Shown here: positions 62,654-64,000 of the stretch, one piece after another
Position numbering within the stretch: position 1 is the first letter of the stretch
How the letters are laid out: each line of letters starts with the position of its first letter
NCBI GenBank assembly: GCA_013239625.1
Contig: MU053513.1
Span: 1,414,927 to 1,478,926, forward strand
DNA: 64,000 bases
Direction of reading: 5' to 3'
DNA from: Lama guanicoe
Taxonomy: Eukaryota
Notes under the pieces: model-generated
Database searches by the model: none
Seen by the model: only the letters and a program-made list of their open reading frames with translations
Told to the model about the DNA's origin: nothing
Program-made: the position numbers and the translations under genes

Positions 62654-64000
62654 ATACCAAAACCAGGCAAAGACACTACAAAAAAAGAGGATTATAGGCC
62701 AATATCACTGATGAACATAGACGCCAAAATCCTCACCAAAATTTTAGCAAATAGAATCCAACAACACATAAAAAAGATTATACATCATGACCAAGTGGGG
62801 TTCATCCCAGGGACACAAGGCTGGTTCAACATACGCAAATCAATCAATGTAATACATCACATCAACAAGAGAAAGGACAAAAATCACATGATCATCTCAA
62901 TCGATGCAGAAAAAGCATTTGATAAAATTCAACACCCATTTATGATAAAAACTCTCACCAAAGTGGGTATAGAGGGAACATATCTCAACGTAATAAAAGC
63001 TATATATGACAAACCTATAGCCAGCATAGTTCTCAACGGTGAAAAACTCAAAAGCTTCCCACTAAAATCTGGGACAAGACAAGGATGCCCACTATCACCA
63101 CTCCTATTCAACATAGTCCTGGAAGTCCTAGCCACAGCAATCAGGCAAGAGAAAGAAATAAAAGGGATCCAAATTGGAAAAGAAGAGGTAAAAGTGTCAT
63201 TATATGCTGACGACATGTTACTATATATAGAAAACCCTAAAAGGTCCACAAAAAAGCTACTAGAGCTGATCGAAGAATTCAGCAAGGTAGCAAAATTAAT
63301 GTTCAAAAATCAGTTGCCTTTCTTTACACTAACGATAAATCAACAGAAAAAGAAAGTAAAGAAACAATCCCCTTTAAAATAGCACCCAAAGTAATAAAAT
63401 ATCTGGGAATAAATCTAACCAAGGAGGCGAAAGAATTATACACAGAAAACTATAAACCATTGATGAAGGAAATTAAAGAAGACTTTAAAAAATGGAAAGA
63501 TATTCCATGCTCTTGGATTGGAAGAATCAATATTGTTAAAATGGTCACACTGCCCAAGGCAATCTACAGATTTAATGCAATCCCTATCCAATTACCCAGG
63601 ACATATTTCACAGAACTAGAACAAATCATAATAAAATTTATATGGAACCATCAAAGACCTAGAATTGCTAAAGCATTACTGAAGAGAAAGAAAGAGGCTG
63701 GAGGAATAACTCTCCCAGACTTCAGACAATACTATAGAGCTACAGTCATCAAGACAGCATGGTATTGGTACCAAAACAGACATATAGACCAATGGAACAG
63801 AATAGAGAGCCCAGAAATGAACCCACAAACTTTTGGTCAACTCATCTTCGACAAAGGAGGCAAGAATATACAATGGAATAAAGACAGTCTCTTCAGCAAA
63901 TGGTGTTGGGAAAACTGGACAGCAGCATGTAAAACAATGAAGCTAGAACACACCCTTACACCATATACAAAAATCAACTCAAAATGGATTAAAGACTTAA
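62654..64000 (+). mobile_element. Young 5'-truncated LINE-1, ORF2 reverse transcriptase region with one frameshift; continues past window
   Basis: IPKPGKD...[14 protein letters not shown]...[18 protein letters not shown]...LYADD; after frameshift near 63292 continues [12 protein letters not shown]...KYLGINL...[17 protein letters not shown]. Confidence 0.97.

Noticed and set aside
62711..63382. 223-aa reverse transcriptase ORF as a host gene or retron-like system
   Set aside because: It is an internal piece of LINE-1 ORF2 ended by a frameshift; the antisense ORF 62929-63306 is its shadow

Overview
Non-coding, repeat-rich mammalian genomic DNA, probably camelid. The camelid call is an inference from three tRNA-derived SINEs of the vic-1 type, artiodactyl-type L1 3' ends and no recognisable Alu, B1, Bov-A or PRE-1 elements. 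I find no host protein-coding exon. The only real reading frame is a young, 5'-truncated, frameshifted LINE-1 ORF2 (reverse transcriptase) running off the right edge. Much of the window is L1 3' ends, L2, MIR, MaLR/ERV LTRs and hAT DNA transposons, several of them nested. The best signals are small L1-mediated insertions: a perfect 5' half of tRNA-His(GUG) between 16-bp target-site duplications (TSDs) with no poly(A) tail (11196-11261), a tiny L1 with an apparent 3' transduction (12184-12331) and a solo poly(A) insertion (58566-58602). There is weaker evidence for a spliced minus-strand transcript and several regulatory elements, including a CpG-rich CTCF/YY1 patch at 60.2-61.4 kb. Boundaries and subfamily names of old repeats are approximate and were judged by eye. 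I do not see a wholly new biological system here.
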